A DNA stretch of 64,000 bases from the NCBI GenBank assembly GCA_013374835.1, contig CP055307.1, positions 749,304 through 813,303 on the forward strand, written 5' to 3'. Below are positions 9,969-20,714 of the stretch, in pieces. A model generated the notes under the pieces. That model did not search any database. It was not told the DNA's origin and saw only the letters and a list, made by a program, of their open reading frames with translations. Origin of the DNA: Candidatus Woesebacteria bacterium (lineage in GTDB: Bacteria > Patescibacteriota > Microgenomatia > UBA8517). A program made the position numbers and the translations under genes. Positions within the stretch are counted from its first letter, which is position 1, and each line of letters begins with the position of its first letter.

Positions 9969-10772
9969 TTAAAAATTTATAAAAGGAAAAAATATTAAAT
10001 TAAACCCCTCTCCAAAAAAAAGGCAGAGGAAAAAAGAAACTACCATAAAAGGACCAAATGCCACCTTGTCTTTAAGATCTTTTTGTGAAGTAGCTAAAAG
10101 TACAATACCGGCTAAAGCACCTATCACAAACGAAAGGAAAAGAAAGCTTACAACAGTTGGAAAACCGAGAAAGCTACCAAGAAAGAGTGCTAATTTTACG
10201 TCCCCCAAGCCCATCCCATAGCCTTTTGTAGCGATATTTAAAAAAAGAAGAAATAAACCTGCTAAAAATCCTGGTAGAAATAAAACAAATGGAGAAACGC
10301 GAAAGCTAAAAAATAGGGTGAAAAGAAGCGCTACAAGACCAATCCAGACAAGCTCATCAAGAATAATTTGATGCTCTAGATCGATTACAAAAACAGCTAT
10401 TAGGACGGATGTCGTCAACAGCAATAGTAAGACTGAAAATAGTGTAGGAAATTCGTTAAGCCAAGAAACGTTTGAAAAAATTCTAGCACGGCTTAAAAAT
10501 ACCAGCAGAAAAAGAGAGGCTGTTGAAGCTTCGATTAAGGGAGATCTCAACGGAATTGCTTTTTTGCAATTTCTACACCTGCCTTTTAAATAAAGATATG
10601 AAAAAAGAGGAATATTGTCATACCAAGCTATTTTTGTTTTGCAATTTATGCAGAAAGAGCGTCCTTTAGTCAGATTTATTTTTCTAGGATAGCGATAGGT
10701 AAATACCTCTAGAAAAGAGCCTATAATGGCGCCTGTTAAAAAAATAAATATCGGCAAAATAATCTTGTCCAT
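9969..10772 (-). CDS. pilD: Prepilin peptidase
   Basis: GSFL, two CxxC pairs, DLEHQII, GMGLGDVKL, AFGPF. Confidence 0.95.
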   Translation of the reverse strand: MDKIILPIFIFLTGAIIGSFLEVFTYRYPRKINLTKGRSFCINCKTKIAWYDNIPLFSYLYLKGRCRNCKKAIPLRSPLIEASTASLFLLVFLSRARIFSNVSWLNEFPTLFSVLLLLLTTSVLIAVFVIDLEHQIILDELVWIGLVALLFTLFFSFRVSPFVLFLPGFLAGLFLLFLNIATKGYGMGLGDVKLALFLGSFLGFPTVVSFLFLSFVIGALAGIVLLATSQKDLKDKVAFGPFMVVSFFLCLFFGEGFNLIFFPFINF

Positions 10773-10843
10773 CCTAATCTCTATTAGAATAATAAGACAT
10801 CAGCTTGAAAAACGCACCTTTATTTCTAAGCTGATGTCTTATT

Positions 10844-11359
10844 TTAGTCTTCAACGAAAGTTTGGTTGCCCGGTGATGGAGTGCCACAAACCAAACCCCC
10901 TCTTCCGTCTGCCGTTGAATATACAAAGAATGCATTATCTGCCGGGCACTTGCTGGTATTGTTTTTTGCCTCTGCGCCCGCATAAATAACTGCCTCATCT
11001 CGGGCACTGTTTACGGCATAACACCAATTATCCTGCCCGCCACATCTGTTAGCGTTGTTTGCGGAATAACCAACCTCTTTAGGTGCTGATGAAATTTCAC
11101 CAGTATCTACCAAGCAAGTATCTATCCAATTAGCACCGCAAGTTGCGGTGGTGGGATAAAGCCCGCCATGGGTTGTTGCGTATGCTTCCATTGCATGCCC
11201 AAGTTGAGCTACAGTTGAGGCCCGTCCCGCATCCCTTGTTCTAGCAAGTTGCTGTACAGGATTAAGAGCCAAAAGAATAACAACAGCGAGCGTACCCAAT
11301 ATAGCGATAACAATTAAAAGTTCTATAAGCGTAAAGCCTTTGTTTTGTTTTTTTAACAC
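10844..11359 (-). CDS. Probable major type IV pilin
   Basis: KG|FTLIELLIVIAIL; strong SD (AAAGGAGGTGA) before GTG at 11359. Confidence 0.85.
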   Translation of the reverse strand: MLKKQNKGFTLIELLIVIAILGTLAVVILLALNPVQQLARTRDAGRASTVAQLGHAMEAYATTHGGLYPTTATCGANWIDTCLVDTGEISSAPKEVGYSANNANRCGGQDNWCYAVNSARDEAVIYAGAEAKNNTSKCPADNAFFVYSTADGRGGLVCGTPSPGNQTFVED

Positions 11360-11425
11360 ATTATCACCTCCTTTTGATTTATTAACTAATCTATAATCAA
11401 ACAAGTTAAAACCTATTGTCAATAC

Positions 11426-12631
11426 CTAGAGCACAGTTGTTAGATTGTAAATCGGCAATATTACGGAAATTACAAGAAATGCTACACCAATACCCAGTAT
11501 TATCATTACCACAGGCTCTATTGTGGAGGTGAGTGCTTTTACTTTTTGTTCGCTATCTACCTCGAAGACGTGGCCTACTTTCATTAGTACTTCTTCCATT
11601 TTTCCTGTTTCTTCTCCTACAGCGATCATTTGAGATAGGATGTAGGGAAAAGCATCGGGGTGTTTTGCAAAAGAGTACGCTATAGGAAAGCCCTTTTCGA
11701 TTTGCTTGGCTGCGTCTTGGAGTGATTCTGAAATTATAATGTTTCCGATTACTTCCGAGGTAACCTGAAGCCCCTCAAGAATGGGAACGCCTGAACCAAC
11801 CATTAAAGAAAGAGTACGGGCAAGTTCGGTTAAAATTATTTCTTTTTGCAGCTCTCCAATTATGGGAATATTAAAGATTATTTCACTTATTTTTCTTTTG
11901 CCAGCGGGCGTTTTTTTATAAAAAGAAAAAAACCATCCGCCAACACCAAGAAGGATCAAGATAACAGGCCAAAAGCGTACCGAAGCATCCGAAACAGTTA
12001 TAAGAATTTTTGTAGTTATGGGAAGCTCTGCGTCAAATTGCATATAAAGTGATGTAAGCTTGGGAATAACAAAAATCATCATAATAAAACTGACAATTAT
12101 CATACCTATTACAATAATTGCTGGATAAATAAGCGCTCCTTTTACTTTGGCTCGAAATTCCTGTTCCCGCTCCATATTGTCTGCAAGCCTATTTAAAACT
12201 TTATCGAGCACTCCGCCTGTTTCGCCGGCTTTTATAAGAGCTATATAAGTGGGACCAAAAACTTTAGGGTGGTTTTTAAGAGACTCCGAGAGACTTTCTC
12301 CACCTTCGACATCGGCTAGAATTTGGGATATTACATTTTGGAAGCTTGATTTTGATTGCATTTGAAGAATTGAGAGGGATTCTACAATAGGTAGGCCTGC
12401 GTTGACCATAGTTGCGAGCTGACGGGTGAAGATTGCCACATCTCCTCTTGTTATACGGGAACTGAATAACCCAAAAAGAGAAGAAAGATTTATTTTTGAT
12501 TCGTCTATACTAATTACCGTATAGCCTCTTTTTCTTACAAGCTTTGCCGCTTGATCAGAACTCGCTGCTTCTACTTTGCCCGTGATAGTTTTGCCTTGCG
12601 CATCTTTCGCTTTGTAAGTAAATTTTTTCAT
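11426..12631 (-). CDS. pilC: Type IV pilus platform protein PilC (T2SS-F family)
   Basis: FTRQLATMVNAGLP, AGETGG, VGEETG, IEP. Confidence 0.95.
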   Translation of the reverse strand: MKKFTYKAKDAQGKTITGKVEAASSDQAAKLVRKRGYTVISIDESKINLSSLFGLFSSRITRGDVAIFTRQLATMVNAGLPIVESLSILQMQSKSSFQNVISQILADVEGGESLSESLKNHPKVFGPTYIALIKAGETGGVLDKVLNRLADNMEREQEFRAKVKGALIYPAIIVIGMIIVSFIMMIFVIPKLTSLYMQFDAELPITTKILITVSDASVRFWPVILILLGVGGWFFSFYKKTPAGKRKISEIIFNIPIIGELQKEIILTELARTLSLMVGSGVPILEGLQVTSEVIGNIIISESLQDAAKQIEKGFPIAYSFAKHPDAFPYILSQMIAVGEETGKMEEVLMKVGHVFEVDSEQKVKALTSTIEPVVMIILGIGVAFLVISVILPIYNLTTVL

Positions 12632-13692
12632 ATCTGCCTATGAATCAGCCTGCTAAGCTGTTCCGGCCTTATTGCATATGATTTGGCCGCATCTACGCTA
12701 ATTTTCCCTGAAAGAACGAGCTCGGCAAGAGAGGCTTCTAGCGTATTCATGCCAACTTCGCTTGAAGTCTGAATAATTGAATCGATTTGATGGGTCTTGC
12801 CTTCACGGATGGCTGTTTTAATAGCTGTTGTTGCGAGCATTATTTCGTGAGAAACAACCCTTCCTCCCTTAAGTGCTGGAATAAGCCTTTGGGAGATTAC
12901 GGCTTCAAGCACATTTGAAAGTTGAAGCTTTACCTGATCTTGCTGTTCTTCGGGAAAGACATCTACCACCCGATCGATTGTTTGAGCTGCTGAATTTGTA
13001 TGCAGCGTTGCGAACACAAGATGACCTGTCTCCGCAATTGTTAGAGCTGCCGCTATTGTTTCATAATCCCGCATTTCTCCTACAAGCACCACATCCGGGT
13101 CTTCTCTAAGAGCAGAGCGCAGTGCAATAGACCAAGAGTGGGTATCAAGACCCATTTCTCTTTGTGAAATAATTGACTGGCGGGAATTGAAAACAAATTC
13201 TATAGGATCTTCAATTGTAACTATGTGGCACTTTCTGTTTGCGTTGATTTCATCCAGGATCGCTGCCAGGGTCGTTGATTTACCATGCCCCGTAGGACCC
13301 GTAATAAGGATAAAACCCTGTCTTAGCGTGGTAAAAGTGTGCATTATTGGAGGAAGTCCAAGAGAGTCAATTGACGGAATATTAAGAGGGATTGTTCTGA
13401 ATGCACCAGCCCAAGTTCTTTTTTGGGTATAGGTATTAACCCTGAATCTTGCTTTTTCGGAAAAGGGAAGTGAAAAATCCAACTCTTTATTAACTGAGAG
13501 CCTTTCCAGCTGCTCTGCTGTAAGCACTTCTTTTAGAAGTCTTTCTGTTGCTTCGGGGGTAAGAACTGGTTCGTTTGGAATAGGCACAAGCTGCCCATCT
13601 ACCCTAAGTGTTGGAGGTACACCAACTATCAAATGCAAATCCGAGGCATTTCGTTCTATTGCTAACTCTAGATATTCTTTTATTTTATCCAT
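12628..13692 (-). CDS. pilT: Pilus retraction ATPase PilT
   Basis: ASDLHL, GPTGHGKSTT, TIEDPIE, ALREDPD, TLHT, AIREGK. Confidence 0.96.
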   Translation of the reverse strand: MDKIKEYLELAIERNASDLHLIVGVPPTLRVDGQLVPIPNEPVLTPEATERLLKEVLTAEQLERLSVNKELDFSLPFSEKARFRVNTYTQKRTWAGAFRTIPLNIPSIDSLGLPPIMHTFTTLRQGFILITGPTGHGKSTTLAAILDEINANRKCHIVTIEDPIEFVFNSRQSIISQREMGLDTHSWSIALRSALREDPDVVLVGEMRDYETIAAALTIAETGHLVFATLHTNSAAQTIDRVVDVFPEEQQDQVKLQLSNVLEAVISQRLIPALKGGRVVSHEIMLATTAIKTAIREGKTHQIDSIIQTSSEVGMNTLEASLAELVLSGKISVDAAKSYAIRPEQLSRLIHRQI

Positions 13693-13693
13693 A

Positions 13694-15397
13694 TTATTCC
13701 TGTGCTACTCTTAGTACTTCTTCTATAGTAGTAATTCCTTCAAGAACCTTCAAGTACCCATCTTGTTTCATGGTGATCATACCCTCGGATATGGCTTCTT
13801 TTTCAATTTCCGATGCCGGTGCTCTCTGCAGAATAAGGTGCGAAATTTTTTCGGATACGGGAAGGACTTCAAACACACCTATTCTTCCTTTATAGCCTGA
13901 ATTATTGTTATCCGAAGTGGGTTTTCCGCGATAGAGAACTTTAACTCCCTCTCTCGGCCAAAGAGGGCCTAAAACGTTTTTCATATCTTCCAAAACTTTC
14001 GGATCCGGCTCATAGGGCTCTTTCGTAGATTCGTCTATTCTTCTTAACACGCGCTGGGCCACAATAGCTGTCATAGAGGACGCAAGAAGAAAAGGTTCAG
14101 CACCCATATCCAAAAGCCTAGGAAGAGCGCCTGCCGCGTCGTTTGTGTGAAGAGTCGAAAAAACCAAATGACCTGTAAGAGATGCTTGTATAGCAAGGTC
14201 TGTTGTTTCCCTGTCGCGTATTTCACCGACTAATATAATATTAGGATCCTGCCTTAGAAACGAGCGAAGACCAGATGCGAAAGTAAGCCCTATGGCCGGA
14301 TTGATCTGTACTTGATTTACTCCGTGGATTTTGTATTCAATAGGATCCTCAAGAGTCATAATATTAACCTTTGGGGTATTGAGTTTTTGGATAACTGAAT
14401 AAAGGGTGGTTGTTTTACCCGAACCAGTAGGACCGCATATTGTAATAATGCCGTGAGGCCTTAAAATTGCGTCTTCCAGGTTTTTAAGGGCTCTCCCTCG
14501 AAGCCCGAGATCAGGAAGCTCGGGAATTCCTCCTGTTTTTTTCAGAAGCCTAAGGACTACTTTCTCACCCCAACTAGTCGGAAGGGTGGAAACACGAAGA
14601 TCAACTTCTTGTTCCGGGTTTTTGAAGTTAAAGCGTCCGTCCTGCGGGATTCTTTTTTCGTCTATTTTCATCCCCGAAAGAATTTTTATCCTTGATATAA
14701 GAGCATCATGAAGCTCTCTTGGAATTGTGAGTTTTTCTTGGAGAATTCCATCTATTCTATAGCGTACTCTGGTTTGACGCTCCATTGGTTCTACGTGCAC
14801 GTCAGAGGCTCTTGCTCTTACTGCAAAATCAAGAATGTGTGTAACTATTTCACTAATTTTTTCCTGCCTTATTATCCCTGTTTGTTTTGTTGCATCCAAG
14901 GTTTTAACAATTTTTCCCTCTGAGGTTACTTCTTTTAGTGCTGCTGTTACTTCCTGTGAAAGGGTTGTAGAATATCTTTTCGCAATAAATTCATCTACCA
15001 AAGCAGGAGAGGCTGCCTGAGGTTTAACTCGATAGTCTGTTTTTTGTTCTATAAACTCAATAGCAGCAAGATCAAAAGGCTCTGCCATTGCAAGCACGAG
15101 CTCTTTATTTTGCTGATCAATGGATATGGGAAAAACCCGAAATTTTTTAGCTATTTCTTGAGACAAAACTGATAAGGCTGCAGGGCTTACAGGCGTAGCC
15201 CCCAAGTCTACAAACGGGATATTGTAATACTTGGCTTTTGCTTTGATAAGATCTTCCTCTTTTACGAGATTTTGCTCTTTGATAATGTCTTCTTGGGGCT
15301 TACCAGTTTGTATTTCAGCAAGCTTAATCTGTTCGGCGATTGATGGATTCAGCACTTTTTGGGAAACAAGAATATCGGCAAGCGTGGCAGTAGACAT
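13694..15397 (-). CDS. pilB: Pilus assembly ATPase PilB (GspE/PulE family)
   Basis: ASDVHVEP, PQDGR, GPTGSGKTTT, LRQDP, STLHTN. Confidence 0.95.
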   Translation of the reverse strand: MSTATLADILVSQKVLNPSIAEQIKLAEIQTGKPQEDIIKEQNLVKEEDLIKAKAKYYNIPFVDLGATPVSPAALSVLSQEIAKKFRVFPISIDQQNKELVLAMAEPFDLAAIEFIEQKTDYRVKPQAASPALVDEFIAKRYSTTLSQEVTAALKEVTSEGKIVKTLDATKQTGIIRQEKISEIVTHILDFAVRARASDVHVEPMERQTRVRYRIDGILQEKLTIPRELHDALISRIKILSGMKIDEKRIPQDGRFNFKNPEQEVDLRVSTLPTSWGEKVVLRLLKKTGGIPELPDLGLRGRALKNLEDAILRPHGIITICGPTGSGKTTTLYSVIQKLNTPKVNIMTLEDPIEYKIHGVNQVQINPAIGLTFASGLRSFLRQDPNIILVGEIRDRETTDLAIQASLTGHLVFSTLHTNDAAGALPRLLDMGAEPFLLASSMTAIVAQRVLRRIDESTKEPYEPDPKVLEDMKNVLGPLWPREGVKVLYRGKPTSDNNNSGYKGRIGVFEVLPVSEKISHLILQRAPASEIEKEAISEGMITMKQDGYLKVLEGITTIEEVLRVAQE

Positions 15398-15471
15398 ATA
15401 AATACATTATTGTATAACCCACTTGCAACTTCAAGTTGCAGCTTAGCTGGCTAATGAATAGAATAAATCTA

Positions 15472-16080
15472 ATGCATGCATTTCTTATAACAGGCCCTGA
15501 AAGAGAAAAAGAGGCTAAAAAATTAATTGCCGAATTTAAGGGAAGATTGATAGAGTTTAGTCTTAATCACATTGATCAGGTTAGACAAATGCAAGAAATG
15601 GTAAAATTCTCAGTTTCCGGGGAGGATACTATTTACTTAATCAAAAATTTTGATTTTTCTTCTATCGAAGCCCAGAATGCTTTTTTGAAAATACTTGAAG
15701 AAAAAAGCGAAAACACTAAGTTTATTATTACTGCCAATTCAAAAGAAAGCCTTCTTCAAACTATTGTATCAAGATGCCAGGCTATCCAAACATTTAACTA
15801 CAAACAAAAAACGGTTGATCCAAATGCGAAAGAATTTATTTCGACAACGGCAGCAAAGAAAATCGAAATCTTAGGTCGCATAAAAAGCAGAGATGAGGCT
15901 CTTTTGTTTCTTGAAAACCTGCTTGAGGCAATATATAAAAATTTAAGGAAAAGCCCCGATTTTTCAAGAAAAGCAAATGAAGCTATTTATGTTTATTCCG
16001 CTATTAACGCGAATGCGAATATTCATCTTCAATTAACACGGCTTTTTGTTAATTTTGAATCTATGGAAACAAACAATTAA
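15472..16080 (+). CDS. holB: DNA polymerase III delta-prime-like protein
   Basis: EAQNAFLKILEE and LLQTIVSRC (SRC motif); start moved to ATG 15472. Confidence 0.75.
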   Translation: MHAFLITGPEREKEAKKLIAEFKGRLIEFSLNHIDQVRQMQEMVKFSVSGEDTIYLIKNFDFSSIEAQNAFLKILEEKSENTKFIITANSKESLLQTIVSRCQAIQTFNYKQKTVDPNAKEFISTTAAKKIEILGRIKSRDEALLFLENLLEAIYKNLRKSPDFSRKANEAIYVYSAINANANIHLQLTRLFVNFESMETNN

Positions 16081-16084
16081 ACTC

Positions 16085-16130
16085 TGCTATAATAGATTAT
16101 AGCCTTAAGAAAACAGGCTATAATTTTTTT
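16085..16130 (+). promoter_or_regulatory. gyrB extended -10 promoter followed by a leader hairpin and T-run
   Basis: TGcTATAAT (16085-16093), ATTATAGCCT-9nt-AGGCTATAAT (16096-16124), T6, then ATG. Confidence 0.6.
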
Positions 16131-18083
16131 ATGACGGGTGATAAATACACAGCGGAACAAATCCAAGTTTTAGAAGGACTTGAGCCTGTAAGAAAAAGGC
16201 CGGGAATGTATATCGGCTCAACCGATTCAAGAGGTCTTCATGAATGCCTTCGTGAAATAGTTGATAACTCAGTAGATGAATGTCTGGCCGGAGTTGCTAC
16301 CGATATCTGGGTATATCTTGGTCAAAACGGTAAAGCATATATTAAAGACAATGGACGGGGTATACCTGTTGATAAACACTCATCTGGAGTATCTGCACTC
16401 GAGCTTACAATGACCAAACTTCATGCAGGCGGCAAATTTAGCGGTGATGCCTATAAAATTTCTGGAGGATTGCATGGCGTGGGTGCTTCTGTAGTAAACG
16501 CACTCTCCAGCTACTTTTTGGTAATTGTCTTAAGAGACGGACATGCTTACTACCAAGAGTACTCAAGAGGTGTGCCCAAAAAGGCAGTATCTATTGCAAC
16601 ACAAAAGCAAATTGATGAATGGCTTCCTTCGCAGTGGATGACAAAAATCCAAAATGGGGCAAGCGGAACCATAACTGTTTTTGAGCCAGACAAAGCCATT
16701 TTTAGTGAAGTTGGCTTTGACAAATCAAAAGTCAAATCTCTGCTTCGAGACCGAGCCTATCTGGTAGGAGGGCTTTCTTTTCATTTTTACGATGAGAAAA
16801 GCGACGAGGAAGCAAATTTTTATTTTGAGGGCGGGATAAAAACAATGGTAAAGCACGCAAATCGCGATAAAAATCCCATTTCTGACGTAATTTATTTAAA
16901 ACAAGAAAATGCACCTGTTTCCGTAGAGGTAGCGATTCAATATACGGATACATATTCAGAAAACGTAAAAGGGTATGTAAACGGAATTTATACTACAGAT
17001 GGCGGTACTCATGTGACGGGTTTTAGGATGGCTTTAACCAGATCGATTGTGGACTATGGAAAGAAAAACGAAATTTTTAAAGAAGAGAATGGAAAAAAGA
17101 ATTACAACTTAACAGGCGAAGATCTTAAAGAAGGGCTTTCTGCGATTATTTATGTAAAAATGCCTTCGGAATCTTTACAATTTGAATCCCAGACAAAAGC
17201 AAAACTTAATAATCCCGAAATTCAGGGTATTGTTCATTCTACAGTCAAGTCCGGACTTGATACGTATTTTGAAGAGCATCCGCAAGAAGCAAGAAAAATT
17301 TTAGACAAGGTTCTTCTTGCCGCCAAGGCCAGAATCGCTGCAAGAGCAGCCAAAGAAAGCGTTATAAGAAAAAGCGCTCTTGAGGGCTCTTCGCTACCCG
17401 GGAAATTGGCCGATTGTCAGTCAACAAACCCTGAAAATTCCGAGATTTACATAGTTGAGGGAGATTCAGCAGGAGGATCTGCAAAACAGGGTAGAGACAG
17501 AAAATTTCAAGCAATTCTTCCGCTTTTTGGAAAAGTACTTAATACCGAGCGGGCAAGGCTTGATCAGATTATCAAATCCGACAAATTCAAAAGTTTAATT
17601 ATAGCTTTGGGGACAGGGATTGATGACCAGTTTGATATTAAAAAGCTTAGATACCATAAAATTATAATTATGGCTGACGCAGATGTTGACGGAGCCCACA
17701 TAAAAAGTCTTTATTTGACATTTTTTTACAGACATTTACCGGAACTTGTTAAAAAAGGACATTTGTATATTGCCATGCCACCTTTATATAAGATCGAACA
17801 TGGCAAAAACAAAAAGTATGTATTTACAGAAGAAGAAAAAGAGGCGTATTTAAGGGAAATAAATCATAAAGCAACAGTACAAAGATTCAAGGGACTGGGG
17901 GAGATGAATGCAACCGAACTTTGGGAGACAACTATGAATCCAGAAACAAGGATCTTGAAACAAATTACGGTTAATGATCTTGAAGAGGCAGATCGAATGT
18001 TTACGACACTAATGGGCGAGGATGTGCCACCAAGAAAAAAGTTTATCCAATCACATGCAACAATGGCTTTTTTGGATATTTAG
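16131..18083 (+). CDS. gyrB: DNA gyrase subunit B
   Basis: VRKRPGMYIG, EIVDNSVDE, GGLHGVG, VEGDSAGGS, DADVDG, RFKGLGEM. Confidence 0.97.
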   Translation: MTGDKYTAEQIQVLEGLEPVRKRPGMYIGSTDSRGLHECLREIVDNSVDECLAGVATDIWVYLGQNGKAYIKDNGRGIPVDKHSSGVSALELTMTKLHAGGKFSGDAYKISGGLHGVGASVVNALSSYFLVIVLRDGHAYYQEYSRGVPKKAVSIATQKQIDEWLPSQWMTKIQNGASGTITVFEPDKAIFSEVGFDKSKVKSLLRDRAYLVGGLSFHFYDEKSDEEANFYFEGGIKTMVKHANRDKNPISDVIYLKQENAPVSVEVAIQYTDTYSENVKGYVNGIYTTDGGTHVTGFRMALTRSIVDYGKKNEIFKEENGKKNYNLTGEDLKEGLSAIIYVKMPSESLQFESQTKAKLNNPEIQGIVHSTVKSGLDTYFEEHPQEARKILDKVLLAAKARIAARAAKESVIRKSALEGSSLPGKLADCQSTNPENSEIYIVEGDSAGGSAKQGRDRKFQAILPLFGKVLNTERARLDQIIKSDKFKSLIIALGTGIDDQFDIKKLRYHKIIIMADADVDGAHIKSLYLTFFYRHLPELVKKGHLYIAMPPLYKIEHGKNKKYVFTEEEKEAYLREINHKATVQRFKGLGEMNATELWETTMNPETRILKQITVNDLEEADRMFTTLMGEDVPPRKKFIQSHATMAFLDI

Positions 18084-18121
18084 TATTTTGAAATTTACGG
18101 TTTATTAGTATAATAGTTGTC

Positions 18122-18598
18122 ATGAATGAATTTAGTGTATTTATTGAGATACCTGCGGGAGGATCAGTAAAATACGAGGTGGATGAAAAAAGCGGAGAAA
18201 TGATAGTAGATAGGTTTTTACATACTGCTTTTTACTATCCTTTTAACTACGGGTATATCAAAAATACAAAAGGAGAAGACGGAGACCCTTTAGACGTAAT
18301 AGTTCTTTCGTCTCAGGCAGTTATGCCTGGAGTTACCATGAAATGTAAAGCCATCGGCATGCTTGAAATGGAGGACGAAGAAGGGGTCGATACAAAAATT
18401 CTGGCAGTTCCTACAGAAAAAATAGATCCTCTTTACGGTGCTTTTAGAGATATTACCGACGTTGCCGAACCAATAAAAAATAAAATTAAACATTTTTTTG
18501 AAAACTATAAGACACTTGAGCCTGATAAATGGGTAAAGGTAAGGGATTTTAAGAATAAATCCAATGCAATTGAGGCTATAGAGAAAGCGTCCGCATAA
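18122..18598 (+). CDS. ppa: Inorganic pyrophosphatase (family I)
   Basis: EIP, YPFNYG, DGDPLDV, HFFENYK. Confidence 0.95.
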   Translation: MNEFSVFIEIPAGGSVKYEVDEKSGEMIVDRFLHTAFYYPFNYGYIKNTKGEDGDPLDVIVLSSQAVMPGVTMKCKAIGMLEMEDEEGVDTKILAVPTEKIDPLYGAFRDITDVAEPIKNKIKHFFENYKTLEPDKWVKVRDFKNKSNAIEAIEKASA

Positions 18599-18601
18599 AC
18601 G

Positions 18602-19252
18602 TTGATGCTTGAGGTTTACAAACTTACTCTCGGACAACTTAATACTAATTGTTATATTTTATATTCAAAAGTAAGCAAGCATTGTGTAATTATTGACCCT
18701 GCCGATGAAGCAAGCTTGATATATGAAAAAATATATCTTCTTAACTTAAAGCCCAAATTGATTGTTGCGACACACGGGCATTTTGACCACATCCAGGCTG
18801 CAGCCGAGCTCAAGCTTTTTTACAAAATACCTTTTTATTTACACAAAAAAGATTTGTTTCTTCTTAGGCATTTTAGAAAATCAGCTATCAGATTTACCCA
18901 AATCGATCCAGGACCCGCACCAGAAGTTGACGCTTACCTCGATAAAAAAATAGCCTTTGGAGAAATAGAGCTTTCAGTTATTGAAACGCCTGGACACACC
19001 CCTGGATCCGTATCTTTTTATTCAAAGAGAGCAGGTATAATTTTTGCAGGAGATCTGCTTTTTTACGGGGGAGGAGTAGGGAGGTACGACTTTTCTTACT
19101 GCGATAAAAACAAACTTTTCCGATCGATAAGAAAAGTATTAAAGCTCCCCAAGGAAACTTTAATTTACCCAGGGCATGGCGAAGAAACAAATGTGGAATT
19201 TGAACAAGTGTGTCACAAACACGGTCTATTGCGAGACATAACCGAAGGATAA
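18602..19252 (+). CDS. MBL-fold metallo-hydrolase (glyoxalase II-like)
   Basis: THGHFDHI, PGHTPG, GDLLF, YPGHG. Confidence 0.9.
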   Translation: MMLEVYKLTLGQLNTNCYILYSKVSKHCVIIDPADEASLIYEKIYLLNLKPKLIVATHGHFDHIQAAAELKLFYKIPFYLHKKDLFLLRHFRKSAIRFTQIDPGPAPEVDAYLDKKIAFGEIELSVIETPGHTPGSVSFYSKRAGIIFAGDLLFYGGGVGRYDFSYCDKNKLFRSIRKVLKLPKETLIYPGHGEETNVEFEQVCHKHGLLRDITEG

Positions 19253-20460
19253 AAGTAGCCCCGGGATATTATTTTTTTGAAAAACATTCTTACCTCTTCT
19301 TCTGTAAAAGAATTGGTCATTTTTATTAACTCTTGTGGGAGAATTATCCTTTGTTCATAAAAAAGCATTTCAGAAAGCTCACTTGCAATACCATTTACAG
19401 AATCGTATCTTAAAAGCGTTGATTTATTTAGATAATTTATTGCTCTTTTGAAATCTTGGTTGTTAATTTTTTTATCGGAAAATTCTTTTATTATTTCAAG
19501 CATAATTTTGTAAACTCTTTGAGAAAACTTTGGACGGGTATAAGAGTACGCTTCAAACCAAACACATGTAGGATAGAAACTTTTTTCTGACCCGGTAGAA
19601 TAAACCAATCCCTCTTCCATTCTGAGCTTTTTGAAAAGAAGTGACCTTGCCGAACCGCCTATAATATAGTTTGCTACATTTAAAAGCATTTTCTCGCGCA
19701 AATTGAAACGTTTATTTGTTATCCAAGAAAGCGAAATTACAAATTGATCAACATCCTCTTTGTGCCAAAATAAATCTCCAGATGATGTTATAGGCGGAGG
19801 GGAAATCAATTCTTTTTTCCCAATATTTCTTTTTTTTAATATTTGAATCAATTTTTTGGGAAGATCGGGAATAATTTTTCCTGCTACCACCACTGTCGTA
19901 TTTTCGTTTGTAAAATGTTTTTTGTGGATTTTTTCAAGATCGTCTATTTTCAGATTATCAACTGTTTTTGGAGTACCGATTGGATAACGGCTGTACGGAT
20001 GGTTTATCCCAAATATATTTTCGTGAATCGAGCGCATAAAACGACCATGGGGAGTACTGAATCTGTCTATATACTCCTGATTGACAATTTTTTTCTCGCG
20101 CACGAAATCCTTTTCCTTTAATGCTGGATTGTAGATAATTTCTTCCAGAAGAAAAAGCGCTTCTTTTGCAGAATTAGAAGGAAATTTAAACCAGTACTCG
20201 ATATATTCTCCGCTTGTTACAGCGTCTGCATGTATACAGTAGTTTTCTTTAAAAAGCTCGATATCTATTTCTTTGCTAAAACTTTTAGTTGCGTCAAAAG
20301 TCAGATGCTCAAGAAGATGTGAAGCTCCCCAATTTTTTTCGTTCTCATAAAAAGAACCTGCTCTAATATTTACTATTATCGCAGTAGCTCCAACACCAGA
20401 CATCGAATAAAGAGCCAATCTTGATTTATTTGGTCTATAAAAACTGTATTTTTTAGTCAC
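19213..20460 (-). CDS. M16 family zinc peptidase
   Basis: GASHLLEHL (HxxEH) and SLLFKKLRMEEGLVY. Confidence 0.9.
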   Translation of the reverse strand: MTKKYSFYRPNKSRLALYSMSGVGATAIIVNIRAGSFYENEKNWGASHLLEHLTFDATKSFSKEIDIELFKENYCIHADAVTSGEYIEYWFKFPSNSAKEALFLLEEIIYNPALKEKDFVREKKIVNQEYIDRFSTPHGRFMRSIHENIFGINHPYSRYPIGTPKTVDNLKIDDLEKIHKKHFTNENTTVVVAGKIIPDLPKKLIQILKKRNIGKKELISPPPITSSGDLFWHKEDVDQFVISLSWITNKRFNLREKMLLNVANYIIGGSARSLLFKKLRMEEGLVYSTGSEKSFYPTCVWFEAYSYTRPKFSQRVYKIMLEIIKEFSDKKINNQDFKRAINYLNKSTLLRYDSVNGIASELSEMLFYEQRIILPQELIKMTNSFTEEEVRMFFKKIISRGYFYPSVMSRNRPCL

Positions 20461-20495
20461 AAAAAATTTATCTACAATTATATAATAATTATAGA

Positions 20496-20714
20496 GTGAT
20501 AAGGAAAGGCAGAAATATAAACTTCAGGCAAACAGCCCAGTCTTTTAGTGCAGAAAGGCAGGTTAAGATTTTTTCAAGGCTGAAAAGAAATATCCCTTAT
20601 GCAATCTATAAATTTTCAAAAAGCCTTTTTTACGAGCGTTTGCGAAAAATTAAACAAGAAAAATTTATTCAGAACAAAAAAATCCCCCCACAGGTGAGAT
20701 CTCAGAAAGGCTAA
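20496..20714 (+). CDS. Possible small basic hypothetical protein
   Basis: ORF track; TATAAT just upstream of the GTG; no motif. Confidence 0.25.
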   Translation: MIRKGRNINFRQTAQSFSAERQVKIFSRLKRNIPYAIYKFSKSLFYERLRKIKQEKFIQNKKIPPQVRSQKG

